This document shows, one piece after another, positions 54,383-64,000 of a DNA stretch of 64,000 bases; positions within the stretch are counted from its first letter, which is position 1; each line of letters opens with the position of its first letter. Location of the stretch: contig JBLDXI010000020.1 in assembly GCA_047495785.1 (NCBI GenBank), positions 2,356,001 to 2,420,000 of the forward strand. Direction: 5' to 3'. Position numbers and translations under genes: made by a program. The DNA is from Lepidodermella squamata. Its lineage: Eukaryota; Animalia; Gastrotricha. The notes under the pieces are model-generated. The model made no database searches. It saw nothing but the letters and a program-made list of their open reading frames with translations, and had not been told where the DNA came from.

Positions 54383-55567
54383 ATGTCCGATAATGAAGAT
54401 GACCCTCACGCCGTACGCCTCGGTGCTGAGGAATGCGATCGCCTGTGCGAACAATTTGCGGCGATTACCGATACCAATTCCGTCATAGCTATGATGTTCC
54501 TGCAACGGAATATGTGGGATCTCCGCGGAGCTATCGAAACGTACTACAACCAATTCACGAAGGGTGATGATCGCCCGTTATCAGCTCGCTTGAAAGAGGA
54601 GGGAAAATCTAGCAAAGTCTCGTCGAAAGCGTCGACTTCTAGCGCTAAAATAACTGAAAGACCGTCTTCATCTCTGAAATCCGCCAAGCGTGTTAAGGTT
54701 TTGTCGTGGAACACTGACGGTATCGATCCTTGCGAACCTAAAGCCCGAGCTAAATGTTTGGCTGAAGTCATTTTGAAGTAATATCGATTTTTTCCAGCTT
54801 TTTCACGCTCATATTTTCGCTTCAAGGGAAGACCCTGACATTGTGATGCTTCAAGAAGTTGTTTCAATAACCGTCGAAATTTACGACGATTTACTGTCAG
54901 ATGTCTACGATTTGTCATTTGGCGATTTCGGCGCTGAATATTTTACGGCTATTGCAATCAAAAAGGAGTCAGGGGTAGTCGAATCTAGCACTTTCAAGCC
55001 TTTCGGTTCCTCGCTTATGGGTCGTGGATTACAGGCTGTAGAGGTGAAATTTTTGTGAAATCCGAGGAATTTTCTCAACTTGTGAATTAGGCTCGTATTC
55101 ACGGTGTTCCAACTACGATTATGACTTCTCACCTTGAAAGTATGAAGGACTATACTGAAGAACGAGTTCGTCAACTTCAAACTATGTTCACCACGGCTCG
55201 AGAAACAGAGATAAACCGAGTCGTTCTTTGTGGCGGTGATCTCAACCTTCGCGAGCCAGAAATCGGTAAAGCAGGTGGAATCCCTCGAGGTTTTGCCGAT
55301 GCCTGGGAAGCGGCTGGTCGTCGAGACATGGCGAAATTCACATGGGACACTCAACGCAATAGTAACCATGAAATGGAAGGAGCCAAATTCAAACCTCGTT
55401 GCCGATTCGATCGGATCTACTTCCGATCAGCAGATGATGTGATCGCTAAGCCTGTTTATTTCGAACTGGTCGGCTTAGAGAAAGTCACTCCCCTACGCCG
55501 TTTCCCATCCGATCATTGGGGCATTCTTTTCCACGTCGATCTTACTCCTAACACCCCTGTTGCTTAA
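54383..55567 (+). CDS. TDP2: Tyrosyl-DNA phosphodiesterase 2, full length (UBA-like plus EEP)
   Basis: UBA-like CEQFAAIT....A..FL....WDL..AI..YY; SWNTDG, LQEV, TSHLES, GDLNLR, RCRFDR and FPSDHWG. Two introns. Confidence 0.93.
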
Positions 55568-55751
55568 AAGCACAGTTTTGGGACAATTCGTTTTCTCATT
55601 TAATGGACCGATGAATCTCTAATTTTTCCGTTTTATGCTCAATGACTTTTGACTAGTATCATTTTAAATATGAAGGCCGTGATACCTAGAATTCTTCATA
55701 CTTGAATGTCAAAATTAACTAATTTCTTTGAAATATTCCTAGATTTTTAAG

Positions 55752-58700
55752 ATGGCTGTAGCCACGGCTAGAAACTACGGCAGCCAGCCATCGCAGGATG
55801 ATAACACCGGCTCAGGCATGGGTGAATCTTTTGGCGGCGGCGGAGGGCGCGGCCGACCCCGTTTACCCCAACAGCAATACTACAACCTTCAGCATTTGAA
55901 GCAGCAGCAACAACTCCTGCAACAGGGCATAGTCTACGACGGAAAGCGTCTTCGAAAGTCTTTCCATCGAAAAGCTATCGACTACAACACGGCAGTTGTT
56001 ACCTACCTGGAAGACCGCATTTGGCAACGAGATCATCGTGATCGGCGAGCTATTCAGCCAGATATCATCTATCAGAATCGAGTCAACCCTCCGATAAATA
56101 TCCTTGATAATCCTGTGAATGCAGTCACTACTCGATTTGTTCGAGCTGCTACCAACAAAATTCGATGCCCGATTTTCTGCCTTACGGTAGGTTTGAACTT
56201 CAATTATTTCTCCCAAAAATTTAAATTCGCTTTTTCAGTGGACACCTGATGGTCGAAGAGTTGTAACAGGCGCTGCAACTGGCGAGTTCACTTTATGGCA
56301 AGGCTTGTCTTTCAGTTTCGAAACAATTTTACAGGTAATTTATAGTTTGAGAAGTTGGGCAAATTATTATTTAGGTATTTTGTTGTTTAGGCTCACGATT
56401 CGAGCATCATGTCAATGGTTTGGAGTAACAGTGATGGCTGGTTGCTATCCGGCGACCGAAACGGTTTTGTCAAGTACTGGCAGTCGAACATGAATAACGT
56501 TAAAATGTTCCAAGCTCATAAAGACCAGCTCCTTGGACTAAGGTACAGTTCAATTGTGATATCCCTCTTGGTGCTCTACTCACTACTCATTGATCGCTTT
56601 CATTTTAATTTTATATCACCCTTATACGGTTTTTAAGAGAGAAATAAAATAAATTAAGGCGCTTTCATATGAAACAATTTTCCACTATTTCCGAAATAAA
56701 GTTTGCAAATAAAATGAGAGGTTGCAATAAAAGAGAGATATTTTTCCCGCTTTCAGATGTAACGGAATTTTTCACGAATAAAATAAAGAATTACTATAAT
56801 TTTTGAGGTGGAACAGCTTTTATTGGATCCCTAAGATGGAAGTGGATTGAAATAAAAGAATAAAAAGTGATAAATGAATGGGATTTTAGCTATTAGATTG
56901 TCCATTTTCGATGATTAATTTGAAATAAAATTCCGAACAGCCCGATGTATAGAACTAGATTAGATCATATCAAAATAATTTTGTTTTGTTTAGTTTTTCG
57001 CCGACCGACCAGAAATTCGCATCCTCGGCTGCTGATAACCTCGTCAAAATTTGGGACTTCTGGACAGCTCAGGAAGAACAAGTGCTGCGCGGTCACGGTG
57101 CTGAGGTGAAATGCATTGCTTGGCACCCGTACAAAAGCCTCCTAGTTTCAGGGTCAAAAGACAGCCAACAGCCGATGAAGCTGTGGGACCCGAAAGCCGG
57201 CCAATGCCTCGGAACATTTTTCACGCACAAAGGCGGTGTGAATGACTTGAAATGGAGCCCGAACGGTTTGTATCTGCTTTCAGCCAGTCGTGATCATACC
57301 ATCAAGTTGTATGATGTTCGAAAACTTCGCGATGAAGTGCGAACTTTCCGAGGACATCGCCGTGACGCTACATCACTGGCATGGCATCCTCTGCACCAGG
57401 AATTATTTGTCTCCGGCGGATATGATGGACAGCTTATATTCTGGAATCTCAAGTAAACAGCCTAGATTTTTCGAGATACTGCAAACAATTTTCGAAAATT
57501 TTCGAACACATTTCCATCCCATTTTTATCCCATTTCGTGAGAACATTTTTTCAATTTTTTGCTTTCTTGTTTTAGCCAAGACCAGGAGGTTCATTCAGTT
57601 GACCGGGCCCACGAAAGCGTGATTTATGACATGTCGTGGCACCCTCTCGGCCACGTGCTCACTACATGCTCAAATGATTTCTCCACTCGTTTCTGGATTC
57701 GAAACCGACCCGGCGATAAACTGCGCGACAAAGCTAACTGGCCAATGGCCAACCTACCCCCGCCACCGCTTTACGGCCGTGGTGCTGCTTTGGCCGGGGC
57801 TGGCGGTTACGATGACGAAGACGAAGAAGGTGCTATTTCAACTCCTTTCGGCTCGATCGATACTAGCGCGATGAACGTGAAAACTGCTAATTTGCCGCCG
57901 AATATGGCTCCAAATGCTGCGTCGCTACCGCCGTCTCTCAATGTACCACTTCAAATGCCGCCAGGTTTCCCGCCCGGCATGCCACTACCCCTTGCCGCTA
58001 TGCTAGGCCAGCCCCCACCTGCTATCACAGAGGCCAAAAAAGCTACCGCGTTGGCCAATGTCAAACTGACAACTCGAGCTCAGGCTAATGAAGCAGTTCC
58101 CGGTCTAGGCGACGTTGTTAATACCATGGAGGCTGAAGTCCCGTCAAGTGCCGCTGGTATTCCTGGTTTGGACTTGGAAGACCCGCAAAAGTTGAAGCAG
58201 ATTCAACAGGATCACAAAAATCGTCCGCAGAAACGCGAATATCCTCGAGGTATTCAGAAACAGTTCGAAGAGGCCTGGGAAGGTGGCCGGCGTCAGGCTG
58301 GCGGAACGGCACCAGTCAGAAACAACTGGCAGCAAGGCAATGAACCGGCTGAGCCAAGGTTAGTTTTCAACCGTATAGTTGAATTTTTTAATTAATGAGG
58401 ATTTTTAGGAATCCCGAAGCTTGGGCGGCTTATAACATGTTCAGAGCCACGTGGGAAGGAACTGGTTCTGACTACCCGGCTGGTGGTTCCGATAACGATC
58501 CCTACCAGGAAGACCCGAACATGCCGCCTCCGTTGAATCCGCAAGAATACGGCGGTTACGGCTCCGAACCACCTCCGCCTCCGCCGCCTCAAAATCTTCC
58601 TCCCCCTCTCAGTGGCCCGCCTGGCGGTTATGAGCCTCACAACATGCAGCGAGACTATGGCCGCGGTTACCGACCTACCTATGGCGAATACCCTCCAGAC

Positions 58701-59104
58701 CGGCCGAATTACGAGCATCACAGAGAAGCAGACACGTACAGTCCTGGTCCGCCCGGTGATTACCATCACGATTCGTACAATCCCCAGGACAATTACGGCG
58801 GTGGTCATTCTCGATTTGTAAGTTGAAATTTCGCGATTTTGAATTTTTGAGAAAAATCGTCGATTTTTTGTAGCAACAACAGCAACATCATTCCCATGCT
58901 TCTTCGTATTACGGCGAATCAGCCCCACCACCCCTGCCGCCTCAACAGAACTACGACCCGTACTACGACTCTAGGCCTCCTCACGCGCAGCGCGGTGGCG
59001 GTCGAGGTGGCCATCGCGGCGGGTACAACTACGGTGCCGCGGCTCGGGGTATGTCGACTGATGACAATCGAAATGCGGCGAAGCGTTTCCGCGAGGATTA
59101 CTAG
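55752..59104 (+). CDS. WDR33: Pre-mRNA 3'-end processing protein WDR33/Pfs2, multi-exon
   Basis: [34 protein letters not shown]40 repeats, WHPLGH...[10 protein letters not shown] and a Pro/Gly/Tyr-rich tail ending at TAG 59102-59104. Confidence 0.95.
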
Positions 59105-59358
59105 CATGAATTTCTGGTTTTATCTGGTGTAAATACGCAAGTCGTGACCAACATACCGCTGAAACTGCAACCCACTTGGTGAAAGTGTTGTGAATCCAGC
59201 TTTTTTGTTCGTTGTCTGAATAATGATAAATAAAGAATAAATAAAACATTTTCCATTAAATTTTACGAGAGTGAAAACATTTTATCAACATATAAAACAT
59301 TTTATTTGCTCAATATACAATTTTTGATGTTTTTAGCGTGATATTTTATTATTTAAAA

Positions 59359-59733
59359 ATGGACTGCACAGCTATGGAATCGTTTGTTCAACGCGTTGTT
59401 TCAGAGAAGTGCCTCGTCGTATTTTCTCTAACTACGTGTTCTTGGTGCTATAAGCTGAAAGCTTCGTTGGACGCTGCTAAAATTCCTCATCAAATCATCG
59501 AACTTGACAATATGAATTTATCCGACGATAGCATTGAGTGTGCTTTTAATGACCTAGAGCGCCGCTCAGGTATCACAACGGTGCCTCAAGTTTTCTTGGA
59601 AGGAAGATTCATCGGTGGCGCGACTGATAATATTAAAAGAGCAAGATCTGGCGAACTATATGAAGAAACCAATGCTTGTATTCAACGTTTTGCCGAACGT
59701 TATAAAGCTGCTAGAAAAGCGTCAAACTCTTAA
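59359..59733 (+). CDS. Dithiol glutaredoxin (CSWC active site), intronless
   Basis: VVFS...CSWC, IELD and TVPQVF..G.FIGG.TD glutaredoxin motifs. Confidence 0.88.
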   Translation: MDCTAMESFVQRVVSEKCLVVFSLTTCSWCYKLKASLDAAKIPHQIIELDNMNLSDDSIECAFNDLERRSGITTVPQVFLEGRFIGGATDNIKRARSGELYEETNACIQRFAERYKAARKASNS

Positions 59734-59803
59734 AATTGTTGAATCTTGAAACCAAACCAATAAATGACGATATTTTATATTTTTAGGATTTTTTAATACA
59801 GAA

Positions 59804-61846
59804 ATGGCGTCTTTCGCTAAGAATAGGCCGTTGAAAAAGCGGCATGTAGAATTCCAACCCGGAACTCCGAAAACCTTACCCATACCACCTGTTGATGACA
59901 ACTGTTTCGGCGCGTCGAATCTCGAGCCAGTTGTCGGCCTCGAACCGCTTGATTTCGCTGTTCGAGATGAAGAAGCGGCGGTTCTGCTCGGTGACATATC
60001 AGCCAGTTGCTTGCCAGAGTCGGTAGACGTTTCTTCAAAAGAAACTTCGGCTATTTTACGGGAGCTTCTCGAGAGTTCATCGCCTATTCAAGCTCCAGAT
60101 GACGCTATTATTTCTCCAATTTCTAAAACCGCGACAATGATGCCAAAATTTGTTCGGCAATGTATTGGCTGCTCATTTTTAGCCGATAAAAGTAGCGATT
60201 TGAAAGAGCATTATAAAACTTGCCAGTCGTCAATTTTCGGGCCAGTTGAAACTCATCACAACTCAATAGGGAATCGGCGGGAAACCTCAAAGAAAGGTAT
60301 ATTCGAATGTAAATCGTGCAGATTTTACACCCGCCAATTGCAAGCGTTCAAATTACACGTTCGAAGCCACAAAACGTCTGAAAAAGTGAATTTGACAAAG
60401 CAAAAATGTCCCAAATGTGGCGTTTTGGTGTTCAATCTGCGAAATCATGCTATCAAACAGCACGCTAGATCTGACGGAGCTTTTAAGCAGTTTGTCTGCA
60501 TGATTTGTAAATTTCTCGCCTACTCACCAGCTCAGTTGAGATCTCACAATGAGGCGAAGCACAAAACTGGGAGTAAAAAATATCGATGCAATCAATGTGG
60601 TAATTTAGAATTAAATTAGTTGAATTTTTCTAATTTTTTCAATTTTCAAGTGAAGGAATATGCATATTTGCCATCTTTATATCGACACCGATTGCAACAT
60701 TCCGCGGATAAAGATCGGGTAATCATTTTGATTATTATAAATTTATAATCAGAATAAAATTCGACATTTTTATCAGCTTTACCCTCGCGTTTGCAACTCG
60801 TGTAATTCGCGTTTTCGAAGCAAAACAGCTCTTGACGCGCATATCGCCTCGAAGCACAGCAAGGAGAGAAATTTCGCGTGTGAAATTTGTCAGAAACGTT
60901 TTGCGACTCGTAGTCTTTTGAACCAACACAAGCGTTTCCACAGTGTCGATGTGAATGGAGCACCCGTTCAGCAAACTGGCTTCAAATGCGAGCAGTGTAG
61001 CCACGAATTTAAGAGACCGGCTGATCTTAAAAAGCACATAACCTCAGTGCATACGAATGAAAAAGTATGTTGATGTCTTAAATCTGATCAATCACTCTTG
61101 AACTAACTTTTTAGCCACATCATTGCCGCCTGGGTTGTGAGAAACGATTTTCCGATCAGTCGAGTCGAAAACGGCACGAGAGAACTCATACCGGAGAAAA
61201 GGTATGGACTAATTAATTTTGGAGTATATTTATGGTCGATTATTTCATTTTTGCAGCCATATTCTTGCGAATATTGCCAACAACGCTTCTCTCAATCGAA
61301 TGCGTTGAATTCGCATTTGAAGTCGAAACACGCTCAAAATTCGGCAAACGTTGTTTTAAGGTAGGATTTTTGTTTTATTTTCAAATTTCTCAATATTTGT
61401 ATTTCAGCAAAAGCTCAATGCCGTATTCAGTTGATTGTGGCTTTCAAGTACAAGGGCAGTTTGCAACCGATCCCACAAGTCAAGCTCTGTTTAACTGCCC
61501 GCTCGATGAGATGGTCCAAAGTAATGGCAATGCATGGCCTAGCAATCTAATTTCGGCCTACCCGATTTCGAGTTCAAACAGAACAGTTCCCGGCTTAAAT
61601 CCTAGTTGCTCTCAATTCTACTCCTATGGGGCTTCGTCTTTAGCACCGATTGAAACCATTCCGCCGTCAAGATCTCTTCAAGCTTTATCGTGTGACAGTG
61701 GGGTGTTGAATGTTTTAAATGATTTGGTGACGTCTGGTCGACTGGAACAGTGTTCTTATTGCGCTTTCCTGGCTTCTTCGAGCGAAGCTCTTGCTTTACA
61801 TATCAATCAGCAACACGTTGGATCTCAGGAACTTCGGCATTTATAG
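59804..61846 (+). CDS. Multi-C2H2 zinc-finger protein, about 6 exons
   Basis: Repeated CxxC..HxxxH units across short introns, for example HTNEK|PHHC and HTGEK|PYSCEYC, with a terminal finger before TAG 61846. Confidence 0.85.
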
Positions 61847-62298
61847 TTTTTAAATTGTTGGTTTTTTTACTGAAATAAATCGATCGAGTAACACCCCGGC
61901 TTTTATTTGACAAGTATTTAAATTGGTTCATATTTTCCATCAAAATTATATTATGCTATCACAACACCAAAAAAAACGAAAATATATATCACGTCATGCG
62001 CAGTTGGCTGAGTTTACAAAATCTGCATATCTCGAAGTGGATCAACAAAAAATAGATTATATCAAAATCAGCAATTTTCATAAGAGTATTGATAAAATTT
62101 TAAAATCTCAATGCTATCACAACGTTGCGTTCAGGCAAAAATTGATTATTATTTATCTTTGAAGACAATTATAATATTTAAAAATTAAAAGTATATAAAT
62201 TCACTGTGGTTGAACGATAAGCAGTAAATCGTCATAATATCTATGCGCATGCAATTTTGGCATCAAACTGTACAATGAAGAGCAAACAAATATCCAGC

Positions 62299-64000
62299 TT
62301 AAAAATCCTCGGCGGCACGTGAAAATCTAGCTCCCATCGCACTCGGCGGTCGGCCGGGTGAATTCAGGCGGGGTGTGATGCTTGTAGGGGGTCCTAATTG
62401 GCTAGACGGCGAAATCGGTCTTCGAAGCCCGAGTGAGGCAGAAGTTGGCAAGGGTCCGAGGGCGGAAGGAGAAGAGGGCCGACTAGAGTAGGGCGACGTT
62501 GATTCCGTCTTACCCACCATACTAGTGATCTGAGGCGTACTAGAGCTTGTCGTAATTGGCGGTCTAGGACTGGCATGGGTGCTACCAGCATCCCCACTAG
62601 GGACTGGAATCAAATCGCGCGATATCTGGAAGTCGCCCTTCTCCTTCGACAGCCAGTTCTTGCACGGGAACGTCCATTTCTTGCCAGTATTTTTATTCGT
62701 AATTTCAATCCGCTCGAGGAACCAGCTGCGGCGCCAGCTAGAATTATCGTGCTCAACTTTAACCTTGGTTAACTCGCCCAAGTCGAGAGCTTCTATCGTG
62801 AACGTATCGGTCTGGCCATTCTCGAATAAATTTTTCCACTTTTGCTTCAACTCGCGTTTCCCAGTATCGCCCAATTCGCCGAAAATTGTGACCGAAACAT
62901 TGGCATCCGTGCCTTGGTCACCAGTGACAACCGAAATTTCGTATTTTGTCGGCTGAGAAGCTGTAGAAAAAATTATTAAAAAAATTAAATTCAAAAGAAT
63001 TACACTTACATCTCACAGCTTTGACCATTCCAGTTTCGACCTTTTTCAGGTAAAGATCTGTCCCACTTTCGCCAGCATGGCGACCAACAGCGATCTCTCG
63101 GTCGCAAGGGAAAACGAATTTGTCACCCGTTGTCACATCAGTAACTGTCACATCCTTGCAGAGCCAGCGATCGCGATCAGAATGATGGTCATTAGTCGAC
63201 CGGACTAGACCTATCGTTACCCGGGTGATTTTACCCAGAGGCCGCGAGTCGGTTTTGAAGACATCGGTTTGGCCAGTTCGCAAAATTTGATTCCGCGGCG
63301 AGTTTTCGAACAACAATTCTTTCGACGAAGCCTTTTCGCCATGTAAAACAATCCATGGGCTGTGGACCGATGCGGAACCAGCTGCTTCGGCGGTTGTAAA
63401 CGCGATTTCGTACATGGCCCGATCGCCGTGGGCGTGGCTGGTCTGAGCCGGGCTAGCGCAGGCTAGTTCTCGAACCAGCTGTTTATCGTCCTCGGATTTC
63501 GATAGCCAGCGATTGCACGGGAAATCGTACCATTTATTCGTGCTAGTATCCTGGATTCGAACCGACTCCAAATGCCACGACGAGCCAAGCCCGGAATTAT
63601 CATGCCAGATTCGAACTTTGGTCAACTCGCCAAGGCTGTAGACGTCATTCAACGCGAACACATCCTCATTGCCACTTTGGAACGGGCTGTTGTGAGTTTC
63701 GGATTTTTTCAGCCTTACTTCACCTGAATCGCCGTTTTGGCCGAAGATGATGGCGAAAACTCTTGCACTAGTTCCTGATCCGGATAACGAGCTAGTCTTC
63801 ACATGGATTTTATAGCTGACTTTAGCCAACATATCACGGCCTCGAGCTGTAGTTGGGACCAAATCATACACCAGCTTTTTCTCATCCTTCTTATCGCTGA
63901 TCCAATGCCCGCATTTGAAGTGAGTCGTTTCCATCGTCCGAGCGTTGAGAACGTCGATTGAGTCCAAAAACCAATCAGTTCTATCGCCTTTTTTCGTATG
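62299..64000 (-). CDS. LOXHD1: PLAT/LH2-repeat protein, LOXHD1-like (3' part; gene runs off the window)
   Basis: Tandem PLAT units (Y.I.V.T....GT.A.V...I.G..GD.G...LGELTKV.I.HDN....W.L....FPC.RWL); intron ~62963-63009; Ser/Pro-rich tail. Confidence 0.8.

Overview
Eukaryotic genomic DNA from a compact-genome invertebrate animal: most GT-AG introns are about 40-70 bp, and there are no prokaryotic features. I cannot name the species. About 24 protein-coding genes were reconstructed by hand: two SORD paralogues, two C2H2 zinc-finger genes, a divergent TGF-beta/BMP-family ligand, a C2orf81-like gene, ASPH, OSBPL10/11, DHX38, three endophilin-A paralogues, IDH2, RPS15, three LYPLA/APT paralogues, TMEM267, NNT, two TDP2 paralogues, WDR33, a glutaredoxin and the 3' part of a LOXHD1-like gene. 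Highlights: (1) ten co-oriented genes at 45.2-61.8 kb, several only 60-185 bp apart and preceded by splice acceptors with no clear donor, which suggests eukaryotic operons resolved by spliced-leader trans-splicing (RPS15-IDH2 looks like a second, divergent unit); (2) a BMP-like ligand with a remodelled cystine knot and no dimerisation cysteine; (3) an unexplained ~600-nt stem-rich island between two divergent genes; (4) tandem paralogues with altered targeting signals or domains; (5) a 38-bp P-element-type footprint. Gene names rest on recalled family motifs, not database searches, and exon boundaries are manual.
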